A DNA stretch of 57,391 nt from a bacterium. Its GTDB lineage: Bacteria > Patescibacteriota > Minisyncoccia > UBA6257 > GWB1-50-10. The stretch spans positions 2,225-59,615 of the forward strand of contig JAKAHO010000001.1 in NCBI GenBank assembly GCA_021814835.1, read 5' to 3'. Below the pieces are notes generated by a model that was not told the DNA's origin, did not search any database, and saw only the letters and a program-made list of their open reading frames with translations. The translations under genes and the position numbers were made by a program. Positions 50,399 to 57,391 of this stretch are shown one piece after another. Each line of letters begins with the position of its first letter. Position 1 is the first letter of the stretch.

Positions 50399-52143
50399 TG
50401 CATACGCACATATTAAAAAATAAATATCTGTTGGTTGTCGCGGTACTCCTTCTCGCGTCTCCCCTCTTCGCGTCCGCACAAACTGAACAAAATTATTATG
50501 AAGCGTCGTCATACACAACATCGGGCGCAATAAATGTCGCTGCATTCGGCGCGGTGTACCAATCATTCCGTCCGAACAATGATTTTGTGAGCGGATTCGA
50601 TGTCTGGCTCGATAACACAGGAAGCACGGGGACGCTTCATTTTGCGCTGCTGGACAGCACGGACAGCATACTCGCCTCCCAATCGGTCACGGTAAGCACG
50701 CTCGCGCCAAAGTGGGGCGGTACGCGCACGCACCTCAACCTCGGCGCAAATGTCATGACGACAAGCACTGCTGTATATAAATTAAAAATGTGGACCACAA
50801 TGCCGCAATTAAAAATCTATTATGTGAGCGGCGTGGACTTACTGCTCCACAACGCATCGGCCCTTCTTAATGCCGACCCCGTAATGCGCTCGGCATATCT
50901 TGATGCGACCGAAGAGTCTTATGTATTTAAAGCCGCATTCTATGAAATGAGCACCGACGCAACAGCGCCGGCGGTTTCGGGACTTTCCTTCACCGCACCG
51001 AACGCAAACCAAATGACAGTGGCGCTGAACGCAAATGAGCCCGTAGACTACAAGATCGATTACCGAAGCACGTACAACACGGGCGGCATTGTCGATATCG
51101 AGACGGGAAGCTATTCGGGTAATTATAATTTCTGCGTTGATAGCGTCCTCCCCTGCAGTTTCACTATTCCCGTATTTCCGAATATCACCTACGACTATCA
51201 GCTCTATGTGCGCGATTTCTGGGGCAACCTTACGACAATAACAGGTTCGTTCGACAGCTCGAAAACCGGTAGCTTCCAAATATATACAACAGGCGCGACA
51301 TCAACGGCTCCCGTTGCCACTTCATCCATTATTTCAAACGCGCAAGTGTTTGCGCTCATGCCAACTTCTGCGCAATTCACGTGGAACACCGATATCCCCT
51401 CCGCATCAAGGGTCCTTGTGAGCACCGACCCCGCAGGCGCGAATGTCGTTACACGTCTCGGCGACAACACATTCGAACTCGCACATTCAATGACCACCGG
51501 CAATATTCTGACGCCAAGCACCCGCTATTACGCGATTATCATCGCCGACAGTTACTCGAGCTCGCTGGACGGCGTTCTGCTCTCGTTTATAACTCCCGCA
51601 GTCCCAACGCAAAATCCAAACCAACCGCCTACGCCGACTCCAACCCCTACGTCTACGGCGCCCCAGCCCGTCACCAATCCTAATACGCTTCAGAATGCTT
51701 TTACCGCAAGTTCTTCGGGCGCGATGGCAAACCAAAATACCGCATCTTCTTCGCTCGGAGTAACAACCGCAGGGACAAGCGGCGATATTACCGCGACATT
51801 TACCTGGGCCCCGGGTATCGGCGGCAATGCACGCGGATACAGGATAGATATCTTCAATATGAACCAAAAGCTGGTGAAGCAGGTAACAACCGATGGCGAT
51901 GCTTCTTCGGTCAATGTCGGCGACCTCGAGCCGGGAGAATACCGCGCAATCGCATATGCGGACCGCAATGGTTCATTTGAAAAAATAGCACAGCCCGTAA
52001 ACTTCAAAGCAATACCCAAGGGCTCATTCCTCGAAAACATCGGCAGTGACACAGTTCTCTTTTCGGTCGCAGGCTTCGGACTCTTTATGATTATGCTTGC
52101 GGCGATTATGGCGGTCATCAAGAAAAATCAAATGCCTGATTAA
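50398..52143 (+). CDS. large surface protein with signal peptide, Pro/Thr linker and C-terminal TM anchor
   Basis: Signal peptide ..PLFASAQ, PTQNPNQPPTPTPTPTSTAPQP linker, C-terminal VLFSVAGFGLFMIMLAAIMAVIKK. TAATG coupling on both sides inside the pilus operon. Confidence 0.65.
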   Translation: MHTHILKNKYLLVVAVLLLASPLFASAQTEQNYYEASSYTTSGAINVAAFGAVYQSFRPNNDFVSGFDVWLDNTGSTGTLHFALLDSTDSILASQSVTVSTLAPKWGGTRTHLNLGANVMTTSTAVYKLKMWTTMPQLKIYYVSGVDLLLHNASALLNADPVMRSAYLDATEESYVFKAAFYEMSTDATAPAVSGLSFTAPNANQMTVALNANEPVDYKIDYRSTYNTGGIVDIETGSYSGNYNFCVDSVLPCSFTIPVFPNITYDYQLYVRDFWGNLTTITGSFDSSKTGSFQIYTTGATSTAPVATSSIISNAQVFALMPTSAQFTWNTDIPSASRVLVSTDPAGANVVTRLGDNTFELAHSMTTGNILTPSTRYYAIIIADSYSSSLDGVLLSFITPAVPTQNPNQPPTPTPTPTSTAPQPVTNPNTLQNAFTASSSGAMANQNTASSSLGVTTAGTSGDITATFTWAPGIGGNARGYRIDIFNMNQKLVKQVTTDGDASSVNVGDLEPGEYRAIAYADRNGSFEKIAQPVNFKAIPKGSFLENIGSDTVLFSVAGFGLFMIMLAAIMAVIKKNQMPD

Positions 52144-52778
52144 TGAATGGCGCTATGAAAAAAGAAACTAACGGACAATTGCGGCACGTATCGAACTCGG
52201 GAATGACGCTCATTGAACTGCTTGTTTCAGTTGCAATTCTTGTGGGTGTCACACTTTTTATCGGCGGCTATGTCTTGAATGTGCTCAATTTTCAAAACTA
52301 TTTATCGCCCGCACTAGGCACCCAGCAGGAACTTCAATTCACACTTTCCGATATGAGTATGAATCTGCGTACGATGAACTACTCGAGCCTCGGCGGGTAT
52401 CCGATAGCGGCCGTGAGCTCAAGCAGTATCACATTCTTTGCCGATATATACGGCAACGGAATATACGAACAAATCAGATACTTTATGAGCAGTTCTACGC
52501 TCCAGAGGGGCATTGTTATTCCCACGGGCAATCCGCTTGCGTACAATCAGGCAAACGAAGTAGTCGTTGACGCGCTCCATAACATTGTCTCAACCTCATC
52601 AATCTTTTCGTATTATGACTCGAGTTACACAGGCACAGAGGCGCCGATGGCGACGCCGGTTGATATTTCAAAAATAAAAGTAATAGGTTTTTCGGTAGCG
52701 GTTCAGCAAAGCAATCAGGCAACTCCCCTTTACGCCGACCTCAAGATTACTCCAAGAAACATACGTATACTTTTTTAA
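52143..52778 (+). CDS. pseudopilin (prepilin-type N-terminal motif)
   Basis: SGMTLIELLVSVAILVGVTLF. Confidence 0.7.
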   Translation: MNGAMKKETNGQLRHVSNSGMTLIELLVSVAILVGVTLFIGGYVLNVLNFQNYLSPALGTQQELQFTLSDMSMNLRTMNYSSLGGYPIAAVSSSSITFFADIYGNGIYEQIRYFMSSSTLQRGIVIPTGNPLAYNQANEVVVDALHNIVSTSSIFSYYDSSYTGTEAPMATPVDISKIKVIGFSVAVQQSNQATPLYADLKITPRNIRILF

Positions 52779-52781
52779 TCT

Positions 52782-54251
52782 ATGCGCATATATAAAGACA
52801 GAAGCGGACAGATTGCCCTTCAGATAATAATGTTCTCGACAATCGCGACGATTCTTTTGACCGGGTTTTTGTCTTGGGGATACGCCGTGAGCGACGCCGT
52901 CATCCGCTCAGGCGAACGCTTCAGCGCTGAACAGATTGCGGAAGCTGGCATTGAGTATTATCGCTGGCATCTGGCGCACGACCCGCACGATTTTCAGGAC
53001 GGCACGGGCCGCGCGGGTCCCTACACGCATATTTATTCCGATAAGAGCGGCAATCAAGTCGGTCAGTTCATTTTGGATATCACACCTCCTAGCCAGGGCT
53101 CAACAATCGTCACCATACAATCAACGGGCCTCATTACTGAAGATCCGAAGATATCCAAAATTCTTAAAGTAAGAATGGGTATCCCCTCGTTTACAAAATT
53201 TGCCGCAGGAATAAACGATAACGTCCGTTTCGGACAGGGCACCGAGGTCTACGGGGCCATCCAGACAAACGGCGGCATTCGCTTCGACGGCATTGCTCAC
53301 AATATTGTCTCAAGCGGTTTGAATTCATACGATGACCCCGACCATACAGGAAACGTTGAGTATGGCGTACACACGCACGTAAATGTTCCGCCTTCGACGG
53401 GAGTAAATGACACGTGGAGACCGCTTGAGGCCCCTCCAAACCCGCTCATGAATAGACCCGATGTATTTTTGACGGGTAGGCAACTCTCCGCGCCTGCGAT
53501 TGATTTTGCGGGCATCACTGCGAACCTCACCCAAATAAAGGCGGATGCGTCTTCCACGGGGGTATATATAGGCCCGTCAGGCGCAAAGGGGTATCACATA
53601 ATTTTAAAAACAAACGGAACGTTTGACCTCTATAAAATCACCGCGCTCGCCGCGGCTCCCAGTGGTTGCACAAATGCCGCTGCGCAAACGGGCTGGGGAA
53701 CGTGGAGCATAAAAGCGACAGGAGGAGAAACCTTTGTGAAGACGTATGCCTACCCGACAAACAACCTTATCTTCGTCGAAGACGATTTATGGATTGAGGG
53801 GCAGTTGAATACGGTTGGAGGAAGACTGACCATAGGCGCCGCACGCTTCCCCGACAGCCCCGCCACGCGTGCGTCGATAACAGTAAATAATAATCTTACC
53901 TATACCTATTATGACGGCAGAGACGCGTTGGCGCTTATCGCGCAAAATAACTTCAATGTGGGTCTGAACGGCCTCGACACTCTGAGAATCGACGGCGCCC
54001 TCATCGCTCAAAACGGACGCGCGGGCAGGTTTTATTACGGCTCCTCCTGCGGCACGGGCTATAAACGCACCCTGCTCACGCTCTACGGCTCGCTTATGTC
54101 CTACAACCGCTACGGATTCGCCTATACCGACGGCACGGGCTATGCCACGCGTAATATCGCCTACGACTCCAACCTCCTCTACGCGCCCCCTCCCAGCTTC
54201 CCGCTTGCTGCAAGCACGTATCAAGTCATTTCTTGGGAAGAAATAAAGTAA
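52782..54251 (+). CDS. pilus-associated protein (PilX-like N-terminal anchor)
   Basis: The N-terminal hydrophobic helix IALQIIMFSTIATILLTGFLSW lacks the G/FTLIE cleavage motif. Assigned by operon context. Confidence 0.55.
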   Translation: MRIYKDRSGQIALQIIMFSTIATILLTGFLSWGYAVSDAVIRSGERFSAEQIAEAGIEYYRWHLAHDPHDFQDGTGRAGPYTHIYSDKSGNQVGQFILDITPPSQGSTIVTIQSTGLITEDPKISKILKVRMGIPSFTKFAAGINDNVRFGQGTEVYGAIQTNGGIRFDGIAHNIVSSGLNSYDDPDHTGNVEYGVHTHVNVPPSTGVNDTWRPLEAPPNPLMNRPDVFLTGRQLSAPAIDFAGITANLTQIKADASSTGVYIGPSGAKGYHIILKTNGTFDLYKITALAAAPSGCTNAAAQTGWGTWSIKATGGETFVKTYAYPTNNLIFVEDDLWIEGQLNTVGGRLTIGAARFPDSPATRASITVNNNLTYTYYDGRDALALIAQNNFNVGLNGLDTLRIDGALIAQNGRAGRFYYGSSCGTGYKRTLLTLYGSLMSYNRYGFAYTDGTGYATRNIAYDSNLLYAPPPSFPLAASTYQVISWEEIK

Positions 54252-54297
54252 GTATGGGGCTTATCCACACGCACTTTCTCTCAAGGGGCGTAAAATC

Positions 54298-54306
54298 TGA
54301 TATAAT
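54298..54306 (+). promoter_or_regulatory. extended -10 promoter TGaTATAAT for the pilin gene
   Basis: Lies 121 nt upstream of ATG 54428. Confidence 0.55.
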
Positions 54307-54427
54307 TAAAGGCGTAAACGTCCATTACTATTGCTGAATTTCCGTGTGAGCAAGAGTAAGGCGGGAGAAAGGTCGAGTAAACGGCAATTACAGCAACAGA
54401 AAATAATCAGAATCTAATACAAATCAA

Positions 54428-54877
54428 ATGAATAAACATCAATCAGGTTTCACCCTTATCGAACTTTTGGTCGTTATCGGTATCATCGCCATCTTGGCAG
54501 CAGTCGTTATCGTCGCCATTAACCCGGCACGTCAGTTTGCGCAGGCCAGAAACACACAGCGTTGGAGCAATGTGAACACCATCTTGAACGCCATCGGTCA
54601 GAATATGGCGGATAACAAGGGCGTATTCACGTGCGCAACAGCCTCGCTTCCGACCAGCACAGCTCTCGATATCGGTTCAGGAGGGGGACTACCCAACATA
54701 GAGCCTTGCATCGTCCCGACCTACGTTTCAGTTATGCCGACGGATCCTGATGGCGGCACAGCAACGGACACGCTCTACCAGGTGGTAAAGGACCCCACGA
54801 CAGGCAGAGTAACGGTTTCGGCTCCTCGGGCGCAGCTTGAGACAGCAGCATCGACGACCATCTCGGTAACCCGTTAA
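54428..54877 (+). CDS. pilA: type IV major pilin
   Basis: MNKHQSGFTLIELLVVIGIIAILAAVVIVAINP is a class III signal peptide with the N-methylation site. 149 aa. Has its own promoter and terminator. Confidence 0.85.
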   Translation: MNKHQSGFTLIELLVVIGIIAILAAVVIVAINPARQFAQARNTQRWSNVNTILNAIGQNMADNKGVFTCATASLPTSTALDIGSGGGLPNIEPCIVPTYVSVMPTDPDGGTATDTLYQVVKDPTTGRVTVSAPRAQLETAASTTISVTR

Positions 54878-54897
54878 ATTCTAGCGAAAGAGCAGAT

Positions 54898-54931
54898 AAA
54901 AAAATACTCCGCATTTCGCGGAGTATTTTTT
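54898..54931. terminator. bidirectional rho-independent terminator
   Basis: ATACTCCGC/GCGGAGTAT stem flanked by A- and T-runs. Confidence 0.8.
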
Positions 54932-55418
54932 ATGCAACGTGGCGATACTCGTACGATAATGTGTTGTATTCAACAGTCGGATACTCCCCGATTCCTTCTT
55001 CGTGCCAGAGCGCGAATGTTGCGATGCCCGCATCCAGCGCAAGTCTGCTGCACACCGTGCAATACGGCTTCCCCGAACGCGATACAGCGCCCGTATTATC
55101 CACGCGCACAAAATAGAGCGCGGAACCGTAAATCTTTTCTGGATTATGTTTAAGCGTATCTAAGATTGCCCGCCACTCTGCATGCATACAGCATGTCGCA
55201 TCATACTTCGGCTTCCCATTCGTATGGGTTGCATTGCACATCCGATTGCATTCGGCGTCGAGGGGCGGTGCATTATAGCCCGTTCCTATTACCTCGCCGT
55301 CCTTCACAATAACCGAACCGCACTTCGCGCGTAAACATTTTGCCTTCCTCGCGGTATCAGCCGCAGCGTTCATCCAACGGATTGCATCGGCCGCATAAAC
55401 GCCCTGCAATAACTTCAT
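54930..55418 (-). CDS. dCMP/cytidine deaminase zinc-binding family protein
   Basis: CMHAE and PYCTVCS (HAE..PCxxC) motifs. Confidence 0.8.
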   Translation of the reverse strand: MKLLQGVYAADAIRWMNAAADTARKAKCLRAKCGSVIVKDGEVIGTGYNAPPLDAECNRMCNATHTNGKPKYDATCCMHAEWRAILDTLKHNPEKIYGSALYFVRVDNTGAVSRSGKPYCTVCSRLALDAGIATFALWHEEGIGEYPTVEYNTLSYEYRHVA

Positions 55419-55420
55419 AT

Positions 55421-55882
55421 CTATAGATTGTAACTCGGAACTACGCCGAGTTGAATATATTTTTTTCTTATTTCATCCGGCAAATCAATAAAATTACCCA
55501 CTACGTGTCGGCAATAAACACTATTACACTGACAATTCATTTTCCAATCATCCCCATACATCGTCGTCGAATAATCCCATGTAATCTCCTCCCCGCTCTT
55601 TATGTCGCGTATAGCGACCAATTCAACCCTTGTATTTGTAATAACAAGACCCGAATTAGGGTCGCATGAATGGTTTACAAAATCATCCAATCCGCCGGAG
55701 GGGCCCATATAACTGTCTTTTCCAATCTGCACATAATGATCATCAACGCTTTCGTACGGTTCCGGTAATTCATCGGAATATATCAATCTTCCATTAAACG
55801 CCATAATACACTCGCCTTTTCGTATTGGCGCTCCCGCAAACACGCCCCTGCCGCCCCTTGAATTATCTATGCACAATTTCAT
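55421..55882 (-). CDS. SET-domain protein (putative protein-lysine methyltransferase)
   Basis: GRGVFAGAPIRKGECI, FVNHSCDPN, GEEITWDY and a Cys-rich post-SET segment CQCNSVYC. Start trimmed to ATG 55882. Confidence 0.8.
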   Translation of the reverse strand: MKLCIDNSRGGRGVFAGAPIRKGECIMAFNGRLIYSDELPEPYESVDDHYVQIGKDSYMGPSGGLDDFVNHSCDPNSGLVITNTRVELVAIRDIKSGEEITWDYSTTMYGDDWKMNCQCNSVYCRHVVGNFIDLPDEIRKKYIQLGVVPSYNL

Positions 55883-56038
55883 AGTGATATAACGCGTAAA
55901 GCGCTGAAGGCAGTATCTGCCGCACGCATCATCCACACTCTCGCGTTTTCTGCTTTTTTTCCATCAAATAATCGCATATTTTTGCGTTCGTTTCTATTCT
56001 ATTATATAGTGCTTTTAGTTATTTCAAAGGAGATACGC

Positions 56039-56260
56039 ATGGCGCTAAAGCCTCGACAGAGGGAAATTCTTGCCGCGTTAAAGCGGTTAGGCAACGAAGC
56101 AACAACTCGGCAAATTGCGGGAGCTGTGGACTTGCACGTGAATGGAGTTTCGCAAAGCTTGAGCGCGATGCACGAACACATTCAATGTCTCGGTGGACGC
56201 GGAGGCAACATTCGGTGGCGCATCTGCCATCCTGAGACGAATCTTCACCTAGATTTCTAA
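56039..56260 (+). CDS. small winged-helix-like protein
   Basis: AAGGAG SD 7 nt upstream. REILAALKRLGNEATTRQIAGAVDL looks like an HTH segment. Confidence 0.5.
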   Translation: MALKPRQREILAALKRLGNEATTRQIAGAVDLHVNGVSQSLSAMHEHIQCLGGRGGNIRWRICHPETNLHLDF

Positions 56261-56271
56261 GGGGGCGCACA

Positions 56272-56571
56272 GTGAAGCTGATAAACGAACCTGTAACACT
56301 TGAAGAGTTTGGGGAGCTCATTGACCTCTTCGAGATAAACGAGTGCGAGCCTAGGGACGGCCACCTAGTACACAAGGGATGCGGAGGCGCGATTCGAATC
56401 GGTTTCGCGAACCTCTTTTACCTGAACCCAGACGGCTCGCTCGACCCTGGGGATGACGGCTTCGGCATCGGACCCACGCGGGTTCCCTACTGCGAGAAGT
56501 GCGACCCGCCCACTGGGCCAAACTACACGCATGCCCACCGCGTCCCCATCGAGCGCGCGAAGAAACAGTAA
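56272..56571 (+). CDS. hypothetical protein (GC-rich, GTG start)
   Basis: AAGGGGG SD. No recognisable domain. A terminator follows. Confidence 0.45.
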   Translation: MKLINEPVTLEEFGELIDLFEINECEPRDGHLVHKGCGGAIRIGFANLFYLNPDGSLDPGDDGFGIGPTRVPYCEKCDPPTGPNYTHAHRVPIERAKKQ

Positions 56572-56575
56572 TTGA

Positions 56576-56607
56576 ATCAAAAGAGCCACGACGTGTGGCT
56601 CTTTTTA
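56576..56607. terminator. bidirectional rho-independent terminator
   Basis: AGAGCCAC/GTGGCTCT stem flanked by A- and T-runs. Confidence 0.8.
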
Positions 56608-56608
56608 T

Positions 56609-57391
56609 TTACTTCCCGTGGCAATTCTTATACTTCTTCCCGCTTCCGCACCAGCACGGGTCATTTCTGCCGATCTTCTCGTCTCCCGCAGGGCGGGGCG
56701 CAACTTCCTTCTTTTCCTCCCGTGTCTGCATCTTTGAGGTATCGAGTGCAAACAACTGGAAAACGGAGTTGAATGCGTACTGCTCGAAATTCATCTGCAG
56801 ACGCTGAAAGAGTATGTGCGCTTCCCTCCTGTACTCAACAAGCGGGTCATGTTGGCCGTACGCGCGGATATTCACCGATTCCCTCAAAGAATCGAGGTAC
56901 TCAAGGTGATCAATCCAAAGCGTATCCAAAATGCGCGTAAGGTGCTGCGCGATAAGTATGGAATGCGACGTGTCGAGCGTCTCGGGAATTTCTTTTAATT
57001 GAGTGCGCGCCTCTTCAACCAGTTTCGTGCGGTCAGCCGCGTATTCTTGTGTTGCGTGCTCCCGCTCCATCAGGCTCACAAAATGCGTAAGTGCCTCGCG
57101 AATGAGCGGCAATACTTCTCCCTTCTCGCCCGCCTCCAAATATGCGGAACGCTTCGCGTATAACGCGGTACGCTGTTTATTCAACACATCATCGTAATCA
57201 AGTAAGTGCTTCCTGATATCGAAATTATTTCCCTCCACTTTCTGCTGGGCGGTATTCACCGCGCGCGAAACCATCTTTGATTCAATAGGAATCTCCTCGG
57301 GGAAACTCATTGCCTGCATAAGACTTTTAATTTTATCGCCTCCGAAGATGCGCATAAGGTCATCCTCAAGGGAAAGGAAGAAACGCGAAGA
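56609..57391 (-). CDS. secA: preprotein translocase SecA, C-terminal part (5' end outside window)
   Basis: ..NFDIRKHLLDYDDVLNKQR.., WIDHLEYLDSLRESVNIRAYGQHDPLVEY, and the C-terminal zinc motif CWCGSGKKYKNCHGK. The frame stays open to the window edge. Confidence 0.9.
   Translation of the reverse strand, partial: SSRFFLSLEDDLMRIFGGDKIKSLMQAMSFPEEIPIESKMVSRAVNTAQQKVEGNNFDIRKHLLDYDDVLNKQRTALYAKRSAYLEAGEKGEVLPLIREALTHFVSLMEREHATQEYAADRTKLVEEARTQLKEIPETLDTSHSILIAQHLTRILDTLWIDHLEYLDSLRESVNIRAYGQHDPLVEYRREAHILFQRLQMNFEQYAFNSVFQLFALDTSKMQTREEKKEVAPRPAGDEKIGRNDPCWCGSGKKYKNCHGK

Overview
This 57.4-kb fragment reads like a reduced-genome Patescibacteria/CPR (Parcubacteria-like) chromosome. That placement is an inference from shortened core proteins (MetK 314 aa, DnaX 367 aa, PilB 414 aa, YchF 331 aa), a compact wall/division cluster and a type IV pilus operon.

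I call about 68 CDS. They include:
- a MacA/MacB-type ABC efflux module, and a MarR-HlyD-HlyD-MFS efflux module;
- a DEAD-box helicase, an ABC-F ATPase, yvcK, and metK behind a SAM-I riboswitch;
- an mgtA-type P-type ATPase, dnaX, ychF and scpAB;
- a dacB-like gene with mraY, ftsW and murG, plus gltX and an M23 peptidase;
- a pilB-pilC-pseudopilin-pilin operon;
- dCMP deaminase, a SET-domain protein, and the 3' end of secA.

There is one intact tRNA-Gln(UUG). I found no rRNA, CRISPR array, transposase or integrase.

The most interesting signal is a family of hairpin (terminal-inverted-repeat) elements that I do not recognise. There are five full copies between 32.4 and 47.5 kb and one degenerate copy at 11.45 kb.
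- Each copy is bracketed by an ATGAA direct repeat.
- Each copy ends exactly on the start codon of the downstream gene.
- The stems show compensatory changes between copies.
- The largest copy carries a decayed GIY-YIG nuclease ORF.

Other points worth a second look:
- a metazoan-type arginine kinase;
- a tRNA-Gln gene nested inside a split second copy of itself, next to visibly GC-richer orphan genes driven by cloned host promoters;
- a tandem array of small Cys-rich paralogs behind mgtA;
- widespread leaderless-type promoter architecture;
- a SET-domain protein;
- a porin-like beta-barrel protein;
- a 495-bp non-coding block with a perfect 18-bp palindrome.

All calls rest on reading the sequence and the ORF track by eye. 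No database search was run.
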